Assembly (NCBI RefSeq): GCF_001194135.2
Contig: NC_068996.1
Coordinates: 52,045,684 to 52,109,683 of the forward strand
Source: Octopus bimaculoides
Taxonomy: Eukaryota
Direction: 5' to 3'
DNA: 64,000 bases
The position numbers and the translations under genes are program-made. Positions 37,761 through 51,530 of this stretch are shown piece by piece. The notes under the pieces are model-generated. The model was not told the origin of the DNA and searched no databases. It saw only the letters and a program-made list of their open reading frames with translations. Position 1 is the stretch's first letter, and each line of letters starts with the position of its first letter.

Positions 37761-40145
37761 GATTCGTAACAATTAGTCTTACATGAAAAGTAGATAAAAT
37801 GAGAACCAGTAATTTATTTAGAACTTATTCTATCAACTTTCATGGAATTTGTACATAAAATATGAAGAGATAAAATCTAGCTATTTCTCAACAATTTTTT
37901 TTTTACCAAAAAGAATGAAAAACTAATTCTTAATTTAATAATGTAGTACCAAATGATGTTGACACTATATAAATTTTCAGTAGAACAATATTAAAGCTGA
38001 TTTTGTGATGATCTTTAAGCAAAGCATCTACTCTGAAATACTATCCCAATCACTTCACCTACAAGAAATAAGTCAATTTTCCCATTTGACAGTTGTGGCA
38101 AGAATACCTTTGATCACAAAACCACCTCAATCAAGACTAAACAACAAAACAAAAACAAACTTGTGATGGTTAATGTCTCCTCTCACAGCACACAAACTTA
38201 TTTTACTAATTTCAAAGCATCCAAGTTAGCTGCAAACAAAGCGAAAGATTCGTTATTTGCCTCAAAATGACAGGTCATAGATGCAAGAACCAAATATTTT
38301 CAAACAGCATCTTTAGACCAAATCATCCAAACAGAATCCATATTGTTCTTCAAGTTATATATTGAAATCTGTAAAGCAAAATGTCATTTGGCAATCTATA
38401 TGAATGTGGTTTCCTTTTTCGCAGTCACTTTCTGTAAATCCATTCATTTCAACGAGCAATTCCATTTCTTTGAATAACTACAAACCCACTGAATTACATT
38501 GTACATATCTGAGCATTTCACATTTCTACACCATTAATATAATAATGCCCAGACAGAATCAGAGACAAGGCTGATCTTTTTTCAAGTAGAAGTACAATTC
38601 ATTCGATGGGTCTCTACCCAATTTTACTCACAATGGTAAAAGAGAATTGAACCCAGGATGCTATGCAGTGGAATTGAACCGGAGATGAAATGATAGCAAA
38701 GTGAACCTTTTGACTTGACTCAGTCTCATAATGTAAGTGAATTGTCATTTCAGATTTAAACATTGTGTTCACCACACTATGCAAATGGCAAAATATAAAT
38801 TACTAATAGGGCAGCAGAATGATTGTCTGTTGCTCTACTGCCCAGGCCCTTTGCATTCTGTGCCCAAGATGGATTTACCTGTATATTTTAGACAAGTCAT
38901 ACGATTATTTGAGTCACCCTGTGTACCTCAGACACAATCAACTACACAAGTTAACCAGATCAACCTCAACAAGTACAGCTATTACTTTGAAATTTGACTT
39001 GCTTAGTTTCAGGAAACTTTAAGAACTACAAGTCTATATTTTTTTTCTAAATATTGAATAGATTAAGAAAGGACTATTTGATAATTTGCAACAAGAGACA
39101 AACCAAACTAACTGGAATGAATATCAAAACATGGAAAGAAAAATCCACCACAACCCTAAAAACAAACAAACAAGAAAAAACCAATGTTAACAGGATTGAT
39201 AAAATGAAAAGCAAAGTCAAACCTGACAATATCTGCAGTTCAAACATTAAGGGACATAAAGCAATTGTTTTGTCATGCTATTGATTTCCAACATAAGAGC
39301 AAAAAACCACAAGTTTTTAGTGGTAGGGAACAGGTGATTACCTTCCATCTTTCCTGGGTTGGTTTTAAAGCTGACCTCAGAAGAGATGCAAGTAAATACT
39401 GGCACTACCAACTCTGCTGCCATCAGTTTAAAAGATATGGCCGGGTAAAACCTGGAGTAAATTTAATAAAACTACAAATTTACATGGTATCAAATCTTCA
39501 ACAGAATTAAAAAAAAAAAAATTTTTTTTAAGGAGACAAGAAAAATGAGATCATAGTTTACTTGCCACTAATTCTTATGGAAGTGCAGAGTGTTTTAACA
39601 TCTAGTCATCACTATATACTTTTTGAAGGGTACCCAACTATAAACTAAAAAAGCCAAAAAAATTCCTTGGAAACAGGCTTCCAGATCTGCTCATCTAAGG
39701 GGACCAAGCAACTCTGAATAAAAACTAATACAAGGTAGAAAGGACAAGTTCTTTAATGTTAGTGGTGTAGTGGTGAAAATGCACCCAATCCACGAGCATT
39801 TAATGATTAGAAAAACTGACATATACAACAAAGACTGATGGTTTTCTGTTGCTGCATGCTCGATGACTAAAGACTAATGAGTTATACTATTGGGAAACCA
39901 GTCTAAAGCATACCAGCATGGAAAAAAAATCTCTGGACAATAAATAAATCTGAAGCTAGTTCATGAAAATAGATAACCAAACCATTAATTGTGCTACCAA
40001 GCTGACACATGACTATGAAATAACACTCAGTTGATTTGGATCTAACAACAAATTATACATTGATCAGATGAGCTAAAGTTGAATTTAATTTTACTAATAC
40101 TCCGAGGACTGCAGTTTGTAAAACGTAGATACATACATTAATTAA

Positions 40146-40355
40146 CCCTTTCGTTACCAACACGGCTGAAACCAGCTCTGGCTTTGTAGTACAAATGTCT
40201 TGTCTTCATAAGTTTTGAATTGAAATCTTCCACCAAACAAACCTTAGTCACAATTTGTTCCCAGCACTAGCTTAATGATAACTAAATTCTTTGTTATATT
40301 TAAAGTATTTGAAAGAAGCAGAGAGCATCTCAACAGAAATACAGTAACAAAAGGG
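40146..40355. mobile_element. piggyBac-like MITE
   Basis: TTAA-CCCTTTCGTTAC left end. GTAACAAAAGGG-TCAA right end. Confidence 0.65.
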
Positions 40356-42304
40356 TCAAGATGTGTTAAGTAATTAGGCAAGACCATTATTAAATAAAGC
40401 AATTTAAAGATAATGTTATGCTTAAAAAATTTTAATGAAAAAAAATTGGAAGCTCAAAAGCAAAATCAGAATTAGATCAGCTTGTAACAATTACATGTTC
40501 ACAACTTGAATTATTGGCTACTTCTCCGAGTTTTTCAGTACATATCTCACTCACAAGAGGTACATTGTACTATAAAGGTATCTACCACTTGTTCTGTTTT
40601 ACCCTTACAAAACTCACTTTTTAAGATGCTTATTTCACTTAGTAATAGAGATCAACACCAGCAGAGTACCACTAACAGTTACGTTTGGCAGTCTGTGCAA
40701 ATATAACTGAATACTCTTACATTACAGAGAGAAATAGTGAAAAATTGTCCTCAAAATAATTTCTGAAAAGAGTGAAAGCCTAAAACCATGTCCTTTGGAG
40801 TCAGAATTCAACAGCATTAAGCAAGTTTCTTTTGAAGCCAAGAAGGATGGCTAATTATTTCTCCAGAAAATTGTGCGCTGCAACTGTCACTTCATCAACT
40901 GATATAACATTCAGTTAAATAATTACAATTGTTAAATTGACATTGTAAGCTAACTAAATAGTAAAAAACCAATGTCTCTCTGAGATGAAGTGACATTTAT
41001 ATAGCAAACTATTTAAAAGTCTAGCGAATATAATTTGCAACATCTCTGCTCATGCCAATGTATTTTGGGGGTCATTTTTTTTTTATAGCACAACCCCGAT
41101 TTAAGCAGGCATACAATCAAAGTCTTTCTCACTGTAAACATCTATTTTTTTTTAAAGAGTCTTGTCCACAATATGATTAGGTTTCATGTACATCTTAACT
41201 TGCATATCTTAGCTGATCGAATATTGCTAGCTTAATTTTTAGTTTGCATCAGTGAACCAAGTATGATTCTAAAAGAGTCACTTGGCATTTTTACTATAGC
41301 TAAGCAGTTTTATCAATCTAAATATCCAGATATAATTCTAATACTATTAAATTCAGCATAACTAATCAGTATGGATATTTGACATGACAGATTTTAATCA
41401 AATTAAATTCTGAAATTATGAACCAATTTTTAAAATTGATTTCATAATTCATTTACTGCCAAGTTCACTGGATAATCAACAGCATCAATGGAATTTTTTT
41501 AACAGAAAGGAAGAGAAAAAAGCTATATTTCAGTTACAAGTTGCATATCAAAAGAACATAGTTAATCTATTTCACCACAATAAATATACAAACATGGAAT
41601 TAAAAATTTCTATTAATCAAGTCCAAATAATTATATTTTAAAAAATTCTTCATTGATAAATGGAGAGATATACCCTACGAGAAAAAACAATTAGTTATGT
41701 GGTGAAAGAGTTAACTATTAAAAAATACCACAACCTGAATATTTGAAATTAGAATGATAATCTTTATTTAAAATGTTGGCAAAGAAAGTTTTGGAATGAT
41801 TTTAGTACTATATTGACCAATATGGTTATATTATCTTCAATGAAATAAAATTTCATAGAGACTAAGAGAAATTCAAAGAAAATTAAACTACTGGTAAGTA
41901 TCGCATTTATTAACTGTAAAGAAAACGTCATTATAATTAACCAGTGCATGGATGTAAAAGCAGTTTTGGTATTAATTTCTTTATGGCCAACTATGCAGCA
42001 TTTTCTTTGGAACAAATACCATTTTTCAAGTAAATTACATTCTAATGAGAAATATAAAATATGGCAAGAAATTAACAAGTGTGATCAAAAGCTGAAACAG
42101 TTATAAACTTCTTCCAGTCAAAAATTTAATTTGTATGTAAACAGCAATCTTGAGGTTTTCAAAATTGAGAAATTTATTTTTCTTTAAATACATATGTACT
42201 TTTTGGTTTTTGTTTTTCAGCAAATTACTGAAATACAAATGATTAGGGCGAAAATAGAAATAAATAAAGTGAAATAAAGAAGAAAATTCTAAAATTTGTA
42301 AGTG

Positions 42305-42330
42305 TCGAGAGAGAGAGAGAGGGGGGGAGG

Positions 42331-42414
<84 letters not shown>
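42305..42414. repeat. (GA)n microsatellite
   Basis: Seen directly. A longer (CT)n lies at 53954-54070. Confidence 0.95.
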
Positions 42415-42680
42415 AAACTGTTAACCACTGGTATTAAATTTCTGGTCCCAATCACAAGGTTTGCTATTATACATTTTGACAATAGAATAACAAATAGCAT
42501 GTAATATTTAAATTATTTATTTTTCCAAACTTAGAATCACTAATAATCCTTTCAAACAGAATAAAATATAAATATAGTTTTAATTTCCTTAATTCCTTAT
42601 TGCATACTCAGAATTAGAGACTTTTCAATAATTTCAATTACTTTCTAAGAGAAACATTTAATTTGAGGTCTGAAGCAAGG

Positions 42681-42724
<44 letters not shown>

Positions 42725-42887
42725 NNNNNNNNNNNNNNNNNNNNNNNNNNNNNNNNNNNNNNNNNNNNNNNNNNNNNNNNNNNNNNNNNNNNNNNNNNNN
42801 NNNNNNNNNNNNNNNNNNNNNNNNNNNNNNNNNNNNNNNNNNNNNNNNNNNNNNNNNNNNNNNNNNNNNNNNNNNNNNNNNNNNNNN

Positions 42888-42925
<38 letters not shown>

Positions 42926-43310
42926 GGGAGGGGGAACTAATTAATATGCAGAACTATTTTAATTTGTGTTAACTCAACATTAAAATGTCAAACACAAAGA
43001 GACAAATATCTATACAATTTCTTCAAGTCTTAAAAAATGGTCATCTACTCAAAATTTGCACATGTAATTTTATTTTTCATAGATATTGTGAAAGTTTGTG
43101 GGTAGCAATAAACAGAATAAAACCATCTGAATGAATGCAGAAAGCAAGATGAAATGTTCATTTCAAGAATGGATACTTCTTTAACAACTTGATGAAATAG
43201 GAAAAGCTGGCAAAAAATTAAACTGAACAGGCACTTCCAACAGACATTCCAAGTTTGGATGAAAAGTCAATTTCTCCTTAACCATTGTGGCGTAATATGA
43301 TAAATCAGAG

Positions 43311-43354
<44 letters not shown>
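43311..43354. repeat. A44 homopolymer (poly-U in the presumptive Rab1 3' UTR)
   Basis: Uninterrupted A run about 200 nt past the Rab1 stop codon. Confidence 0.9.
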
Positions 43355-43356
<2 letters not shown>

Positions 43357-43551
43357 AACAAAACAAAAGATTGTTAGGAAAAGGTCCCTCTCGACAAAGT
43401 TATTAGATTGCATTTATATTTTCATGTCTCCCCAACTATGTATAAATTTACAATGATTGTTTGGGTTGTCTGTAGCTTGTTCAATCGTTTTGAAGCCTCA
43501 ATTCGCCTTGCCTTCATGTTTTCATTTTTTTTCCGCAAGTTTTCCTTTTTC

Positions 43552-43749
43552 TCAGCAGCAACTCCCAGAAGAGGGCTTGACTGGAGTACTGCTGTTAATT
43601 TTGACATTCGATTTATTGTCCGAGGCAGATGTAACCGGACCCATCCGGTTCTTTATCTCAGCAGCCATAGTCATGAAGGCTTGCTCAACATTAGTAGCAT
43701 TTTTTGCACTAGTTTCCAGGAATGGAATACCCAGTGAATCTGCATATTC
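43552..43749 (-). CDS. Rab1: Rab1 coding exon 7 ([37 protein letters not shown]...SGSCC*)
   Basis: TTTTAG acceptor, 198 nt to TGA. G5 motif ETSAK and C-terminal CC geranylgeranylation motif. Exons sum to 618 nt = 205 aa + stop. Confidence 0.97.
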   Translation of the reverse strand, partial: EYADSLGIPFLETSAKNATNVEQAFMTMAAEIKNRMGPVTSASDNKSNVKINSSTPVKPSSGSCC

Positions 43750-43863
43750 CTAAAATAAAAACAAAATATAATTATACAGTTGGGGGGAAAAAAGGACATT
43801 AGTATAATACATTTGATATAGAGGATTAAACAAAACATGTTAGTTGATTAAAAACGACTTTAC

Positions 43864-43995
43864 CTTTGCTGTAGTGTAATCCACTACTTTCTTGGGGTTT
43901 TGATCACATTTATTCCCGACTAGCAGCTTATTTACAGTTTCACTGGCATAACGATCAATTTCTTGCAACCACTGTTTTACATTAACAAAGGATTC
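43864..43995 (-). CDS. Rab1: Rab1 coding exon 6 ([44 protein letters not shown])
   Basis: TTTGCAG acceptor, GTAAAG donor, 132 nt. G4 motif NKCD. Confidence 0.97.
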
Positions 43996-44544
43996 CTGCA
44001 AAGTGAAAAGAATGTGTGTGTCTGAAGATAAATATGGAAAAACAAAGCACTTTTTTTGTACAATAATGTAAAAATTAGACAACAAAGCAAAATTATTTTC
44101 TATACTGACATGGTTTTGAAGTTTGACAGGAGCTGGAAAGCCAGAAGAGTGTGTGAAGTTCTATAGTCTGGATAAGCATAATCTCTATGACTTGATGCCC
44201 ATCCTAACACCAACCACTTTCATGGCACCAGAAGCAGCAGTGAAGTTATTACAAGACAAAACCCCATCAAATGAGAGGAAAGTAGTGTTGAGGGAGGTGG
44301 TTTTATGCCAGGTAACAAGAGGTTAGAACATCAAAATACAAAATTCTTTTCTTTCAACTTGTTGAAAATTCTTCATAAGAATTAATGTGGGAAAGCTTAC
44401 TTCCTCATATTGTAAAGAAAAGAACTTGAATGTGAAGCCACACTACTATGTCGAGTCAGCTGGCTGGTGCAGTCACCAAGTCCTGTGTTATATAGTTGCA
44501 TATAAAATAAATACTAAGATTAGATGTTAGAATGAATTCATTAA

Positions 44545-44985
44545 AATTCATCATTGTTTAACGTCCGCTTTCCATGCTAGCATGGGTTGGACGATTTGAC
44601 TGAGGACTGGTGAAACCGGATGGCAATACCAGGCTCCAATCTGATTTGGCAGAGTTTCTACAGCTGGATGCCCTTCCTAACGCCAACCACTCCGAGAGTG
44701 TAGTGGGTGCTTTTATGTGCCACCGGCACAAAGGCCAGTCAAGAGGTACTGGTAATGGCCACACTCGAAATGGTGTATTTTACGTGCCAGTCCAGCGGCA
44801 CTGGCAACGAACTTGCTCGAATGTGTTTTCACGTGCCAGGAAGGCGACGTTGGTAACGATCACACTCAAATGGCGCTATTTACGTGCCCCCCGGCACGGA
44901 AGCCAGACAGCTGGTGCTCTGGCAACGATCACGCTCGGACGGTGTTCTTAGTGATCCACTGGTACAGGTGCCATCGGTGATATAT
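44545..44985 (-). mobile_element. LINE family B 3' end in a Rab1 intron, sense to the gene
   Basis: Same tail and ~60-bp subrepeat array as 54641-55100. A further ORF2 3' fragment lies at ~45740-46170. Confidence 0.8.
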
Positions 44986-45431
44986 TTCAATAGTATATAT
45001 ATATAAAGTAAATTACTATTATTTTGGAAATATAATAAGGAACTTGAATCACAAAACACTATATTACAGGTTTTGTCATTCACATTCAAAACATCATTAA
45101 GCAGACTATATGTAATGAATGCAAATAACTACGGCAAAAGTCGTATGCTACACAGAATAATGTATTAACAATTACATACATTAAAAAAAAAAACTTTTTC
45201 AAGAGTATGTGCATAAACATAATTATACTGCAAATTATAGACACTAAATTTAATAACAACCACTACCATACTAATCTGTCGTTAAAAGTTCCAGGTCTCT
45301 TAATGATGTTAGTCTTAAACACAAGAATCCAAACTCATTAGAAATGTGAACTATATTGTTCAATAATTTCATGTCATTACAAGATATGTAAGAATCTCAC
45401 ATGCAAATACTGAAGCAATATTCTTATTCTA

Positions 45432-45620
<189 letters not shown>

Positions 45621-47274
45621 TTAGAATGATTTTAGCAACCAGTAATTTATGAATATATGGAGACAGTGTAAATTATACCTTACATGGAACATATCCATTC
45701 ACCTTCACTATTACACATTACATAACAAATTAGAATAAAACATGGCACCAGCACCCATGAGTCTGCAAGATTAGGAATGCCCAAATGGAGAGGGTGCCAT
45801 GCTTGTATGCAAGTACAACCACGCTTTTACTTAGCTTGGTATGTCTTCTCAAACACAACAAGCTGCCAGGATCCTTTCCCACCACTTAATCTGTCCTGGG
45901 TCCTACCCCTTCCACATGTTCCCTCCACCTGTTTGATGCAACTGTCTTCATTCATACACATCACATGACCATATCAGCACAGTCTTCTCTCCTGCAACAC
46001 CACATTTCATGCCTCATATACCCAATTTCTCTCTCAAATCACTTACACTGTTGTCTATGCACATTGACATTACACATCCAATAGAGCATACTGGCTTCAT
46101 TTCTTTCAAGCCTTTGCATATCCTCAGTAATCACAACCCATGTCTTACAGCCATGTAGCAAAGCTGTCTGTACACAGGAATCATACGATAATTGTTAGTG
46201 CAAGAACACACTTTGAAATTCTTTAAATTATAACAATAGCACCATAGTAATATTAAAAGAGCGATGAATATTCAACATAACTGTTCAATTATTTCATTGG
46301 AACTAGTTTTATACCTATGTCCGTGTAATGCTACAAGAGATTTCATCTGAAACAACCAGCATATTCATGATGAATAATTTACAGAGCAAGGGCTATTTGG
46401 AACTCTTCAGATGCAGCTAAATATTGCACTTAGGCTTTGCATAAGCATATTTATGCCACTTTTGGGTGTTGCAGAATATGGGAATCAAGTTTGTAATATT
46501 TACTCAAGATTGTTCTGTGTAACTCAGTATTGTCTTTTAAAATTTGTAAAAATAAATGTAAAACTAACACCTTGTAGGTAGTTGTAGAAAATAATTGCAA
46601 GTTAAGTGATTTTGAATATAAAAATGTAACTAAATGAAAACAGTATTGGTTTGGCTTATGGATGAATGATTCTTAATTGTAAAAGAGAACTTGAGTCAGA
46701 AAACTATTTTAATAACAAAACTGAAATGTTCTGACCTACGCTACAATAATTCAAACAACTGTGAGGATTAAACACTTGGAATCTTCCTCTCAAATGACTC
46801 CTCACAAGGAAAATTAAATGCTTTCCTATGGAATAGATAGGTTGCAGGTCTTCCGCACAAGCAATGGTTAGGAAGGATTATGCAAATCCTGATAATACTT
46901 AAAGTAGGAGCTGAAACTTTCCAAGTGTAGCACCTCTGCAAACTACTCACATATATGCTGGTTGTGCTCCAAACAAAACTCTCTTGTCTAAGGTTTATTT
47001 AATGGCTGTCTCCATTATTCATTTTCTAAGTCTGCAAGCATTATGCAAATCTCAAAACAAGCTCTTCAGAACAAAGCAGAAAAGTTTGGTTCTTCTGTAT
47101 ATAACTTCAATAGTGAGACTTTACATTACACCAAAAATATTAAAGCGGCCTCTAAAACTTCTGAGGGAGGTTCGATGTAATTTTTACTGGATAAATTTTA
47201 AATTTTATTCAATTTGCTGGGAAATACACTATAAATAGTTCAAATATAGATTCAAGTATCAAAATGAAACTCAC

Positions 47275-47322
47275 TATTTGTAGTTTAATAGTTTTGCCAT
47301 CAAGTTCTATGGTTCGGATTTT
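47275..47322 (-). CDS. Rab1: Rab1 coding exon 4 (KIRTIELDGKTIKLQI)
   Basis: TTTCAG acceptor, GTGAGT donor, 48 nt, after a 91-nt intron. Confidence 0.97.
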
Positions 47323-47413
47323 CTGAAAAGAAAAAAATGTTTTCAATATTAAATTCATTAAAAAAATTTTGATATGAAGTTTCAAGCGAAAAGTTTTTCC
47401 AAAAGATACTCAC

Positions 47414-47461
47414 AAAATCAACTCCAATGGTACTAATATAGCTCTCTGTGTATGTGTCATC
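47414..47461 (-). CDS. Rab1: Rab1 coding exon 3 (DDTYTESYISTIGVDF, switch I)
   Basis: TTTCAG acceptor, GTGAGT donor, 48 nt, phase 0. Confidence 0.97.
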
Positions 47462-47645
47462 CTGAAAATATAATAATATTCCAATCAATCAAAGAGTTCC
47501 TCAATGTCCATCTCCTTATCTAATATTCATAGGGAAAGATACAATTAGCTAGAATCAATTTTAATTAATCTAATCTAACAAAAAAGGAATTCAAGCAAGA
47601 TTTCTAAAAAATAGTCAGCATGGATATCCAAAATATAATACTTAC

Positions 47646-47718
47646 AGCAAATCTCAATAACAAACAAGACTTTCCAACTCCTGAGTCACCAATAAGAAGC
47701 AATTTGAAAAGGTAATCA
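47646..47718 (-). CDS. Rab1: Rab1 coding exon 2 ([26 protein letters not shown]-loop)
   Basis: TTTCAG acceptor, GTAAG donor, 73 nt. Completes the phase-2 codon from exon 1. G1 motif GDSGVGKS. Confidence 0.97.
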
Positions 47719-49379
47719 CTGAAAAATAAAAACAAAGTTTAAAGGAAATTATTGAAAAAAAAAAAAATAATAAAAAGCCTTAAATTAATTTTGTAGCATC
47801 ATGGAAGGGTCCTTGCGCTAATAATAAAGATTAATTACCTAGTAATCATTAAATAACAAAAATAGGTTACCGCAACCCATTAAATTTGTCATTTTTAAAT
47901 ATGTTACTGTGACCCATTTATCAAATTTTTTTGCTTTTTTAAATGAAAAGTATAAAAATCATTACATTTTTTCCTCCCCATAGAACTACAAAATTAGTCA
48001 GTGCTTTTGATATAAGCAGTGGCGAAATGGAAAACAAAGCATAACTGACAACTTGAAATTATAATTAATGAAGTGTACTCTAATGAAATGTGTTAATACA
48101 GTGTAAGAAATTATTCAATTTGATGTTCAAATAATTTCAAAAAATAAAATTAAACCAAGTCTCTTAAAAAAGACAAACAAACATGTGTCTAACGGGACTA
48201 TTGCAATGTAAGATGGGTGTTGGGGCGAGGTGGGTGGGGGGACTCCATCCAATCGTATATTGAGGAAAGTCTTACAAATCAAAGAACACGTAGATTAAAA
48301 ATACGTATTTCGTGCTTCTAGAAAAATGTGTGGTACTATAATATATTTGGCAAGTGCCACATGAAATGAGATTAAGAATTTGATAACTGAATTCCACCGA
48401 GTCAAATTTCAAAACAGTACACATGTACAAATTTGTGAAGGTAGTGAAAACTGCACAATTTAAGCAACATTAAATCGCTAAATGATACTTGTACAAACTT
48501 ATTTCTGAGAAATGAAATTTCAGAATACATTTGAATGTTAAGTTATAAAAGTGAATTGTCATAAATCCAATTATGAAATTTAATTTTCATCAATAATCAA
48601 TAATGATGATCAACTACTGATAATTTAGAGCTGTTGACAGCTAAATTTTCCAGAAGTGAACAGTTTATCCTTGTGTAGTATTAATCTCTTGCCAGAAGAA
48701 TTACTTCACTGATCTAAAATATAAAATAAAAATTTAATAGCAAAATTATTTGAATGAGCTCCAACCAGAAATGTAATTTTGGAACATAGTTTACTAAAAC
48801 CAAGTGCAAACAATTGTTTATGTATTTTCATAAAATATGGTAAAGCAAGCGAGTTATCACCCTTCGTTTGAGCGATTTCCTCGTGTGCTTTACATAAGCT
48901 ATCAGTTTTAACAAGTTGAAATAAAACCATTTTAAATTAAATAATTAACTCCAGCATCAAATTATTTAAAATACTGAAGTTTTTTTTCTAATCATTGATA
49001 GGGATACGGTTATGAAGAATCAAAGTTGATATCGATAATGTTAAGTAGGGGGGCGTGTTCCTATAAAGGCAAAAATCATCAGGTAGTTTATGTGCTTCCT
49101 AATAATATTTACAACAGCTGGAATCCTACAGGAACTAAGCTGTACGGTTAATTGGAATCTTACAAGAACATTGATAATCGCCAATAGATGTGAAAATAAA
49201 CATTGATTAAGAACTAAAGTTTTCATATAAATGTCATTTCAAATGTAGTGACAGTTAGAAGAGGGTGGGTAGGTAGGTAGGTAAATGATGAATTGCATAA
49301 TATTGTGTTGTCAAAGCAGTGGCTTAAAACTAACGGGACACGAACGTTTCCCATCTACTAAAATACTGTAACATCCTAC

Positions 49380-50167
49380 ACAGCATACACACACAGACCG
49401 ACACTCGTGAAAACCACTGAATACACACTACAACATCCGCAGAAAGTACAATATATACACTAGCAAAAAGCACTATACATACACTCCAATATTAGCAGAA
49501 AATACAATATATACACTAGGAAAAGAACACATACTCTCCAACATAAACATTCCAACAATCGCAAAAATCACAACTTAAACACTCCAATAATAGCAAAAAT
49601 CTAAATACATTCTAACTATTGCAAAAATCACAACATACACACACAGAAAGCACCAAACACACCAACACACGCAAAAAAAAAAAAAAAAAGCACTATATAC
49701 ATCCACACCGACACAAGGAAAAAAAAAAAAAGACATCGATACTCATAAAAAAATACTTCATACAATATACGTTCGATACTCATAAAAGAAAAAAAAAATA
49801 CAGGAAATACACACACCGGCACTCGCAAAAAAACATATATACACACAGATACTCCTAAAATTATGCACCAATACTTTTAAAATACAATCACTCACACCGA
49901 CACATGTAAAACACATATATACACCCACACTAGTAAAGCACAATATATACACACCCACACTCTTAAGACAGCATACACAGATACTCGTAAGACCATTATA
50001 TATACACGACACTCGAAAGATTATTACATACACACACCGACGCTTGTGAAAATATCTGAATAGATACACCGCAACTCATATCAAGAAAAACCCCACAACA
50101 TATACATCGACACTCATAAACAACACTATATACACACACACACCCCCAGCACTCCATAAAGCATATT

Positions 50168-50211
<44 letters not shown>

Positions 50212-50290
50212 ACGTACGCGCACACACCGACACACGCATATACCAATACACAATGTCATTCATATATAACACTATACACACACACACTGA
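49380..50290. repeat. Degenerate A/C-rich minisatellite-like tract in Rab1 intron 1
   Basis: Recurring ACACCGACACTCG-like cores separated by (TA)/(CA) stretches. G-poor on the plus strand. Confidence 0.6.
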
Positions 50291-51053
50291 ACACATTATG
50301 AAACATACACAGACACTTAATACCCTTAATAGACTTTTTCTGACCCTGATAAATCGATATACCCCCATTAAATATCTGTCAAATTATAACCTGGTGTTTT
50401 AAAAACCGAAGGTAATAGGGAATCTATTAGTTTTAATGAGGAAATTATAATTTGAATGCGATAACAACAGAAGGCTGACATTAAGCATCCAACTACAAGT
50501 CTCAGCAATGGTAACCTAACAGTGATGATGCAAAAGGAACAATATTTCCAATTAGAAATAATCTCAGAATTGGTCACACCTTAAACATTTAATGTCTTTT
50601 TTTAAGAGACGAAGGAGAAAAATATCTCCCCACTGACAGGCAATTGGGGCGTATAAAGTATTTCGTAGTCATTATATAGGCAACTGGTTAGCTCAGCTGT
50701 ATGGAACAGTGTTTGGACACCTACCTGTCAGTGAATGGTAAACTGAGGCAAGAGACTAGTGACCAAATTAATAAATTTTTTAGTAAGACTGAGAGATTGA
50801 GAGCCAAGAATGATGAACCCTCACTTAAGGAACAGTCCACTGCAACAGATATGGTGACGTTGTTAGTGCACTTTCCGTCGTAGATTAACCATTATTTCTA
50901 GAAATAATTAACGATTATGAAAATAAAAACGTAATCATTTGATATTTTACATCGATAAGAAATGGTGTATGAAATAGCAGTGTAAAAATATCAGTGAACC
51001 GTCGATGGACGTTTAAGTATTAAAAAAAAGAAGAAAGATGTACAAATACTCAC

Positions 51054-51076
51054 TACTCTGGATTCATTGTAGACAT
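51054..51076 (-). CDS. Rab1: Rab1 coding exon 1 (MSTMNPEY..)
   Basis: ATG TCT ACA ATG AAT CCA GAG TA followed by a GTGAGT donor. 23 nt, matching the Rab1 N-terminus. A of ATG at 51076 in AAAATG context. Confidence 0.93.
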
Positions 51077-51301
51077 TTTTCGTGAAAGCATTCAATGGAA
51101 CAAATATTTTTGTTTGGTGTTTTGTTTAGACCAACGTAAAGGATAAAGAGGCTGTGAGAAGTGGTGGTGATTCGAGTGGCGATACGCTATTATTGCTGCA
51201 TATACTACAGCTTACTCTCGATAATGGACACTACTATCACTGAGTAGGTACGTGTATATATATATATACATATATATATCTATATAGAAGTATATATATA
51301 A

Positions 51302-51335
<34 letters not shown>

Positions 51336-51465
51336 TTCTGCTTTCTGGATGTATGTGACAAGACTATCACCTACGGGAACGGTTCTACAGTGCCAATCTA
51401 GCTTGTTTTCTATGCTATATTATAGCACACACAGTTCTTCCCGTTCAGGTTAGTTGGCTTAAAAA

Positions 51466-51530
51466 ACAAAGATGGCTTCCTGTTCCACAATGAAATAATG
51501 TAAGCTATGACGTCACTGCTCGACGTGGCA
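51466..51530. promoter_or_regulatory. Candidate Rab1 proximal promoter: CRE, CREB3/CrebA-like site, YY1-like site
   Basis: TGACGTCA at 51508-51515. CGACGTGGCA at 51521-51530 (revcomp TGCCACGTCG, 9/10 to TGCCACGTCA). AAGATGGC near 51470. About 430 bp upstream of the ATG in a locally CpG-richer patch. Confidence 0.5.

Noticed and set aside
50522-50820. RTGATGA C-box-like motifs in Rab1 intron 1
   Set aside because: They are on the strand opposite the host transcript, with no well-placed D box or terminal stem.
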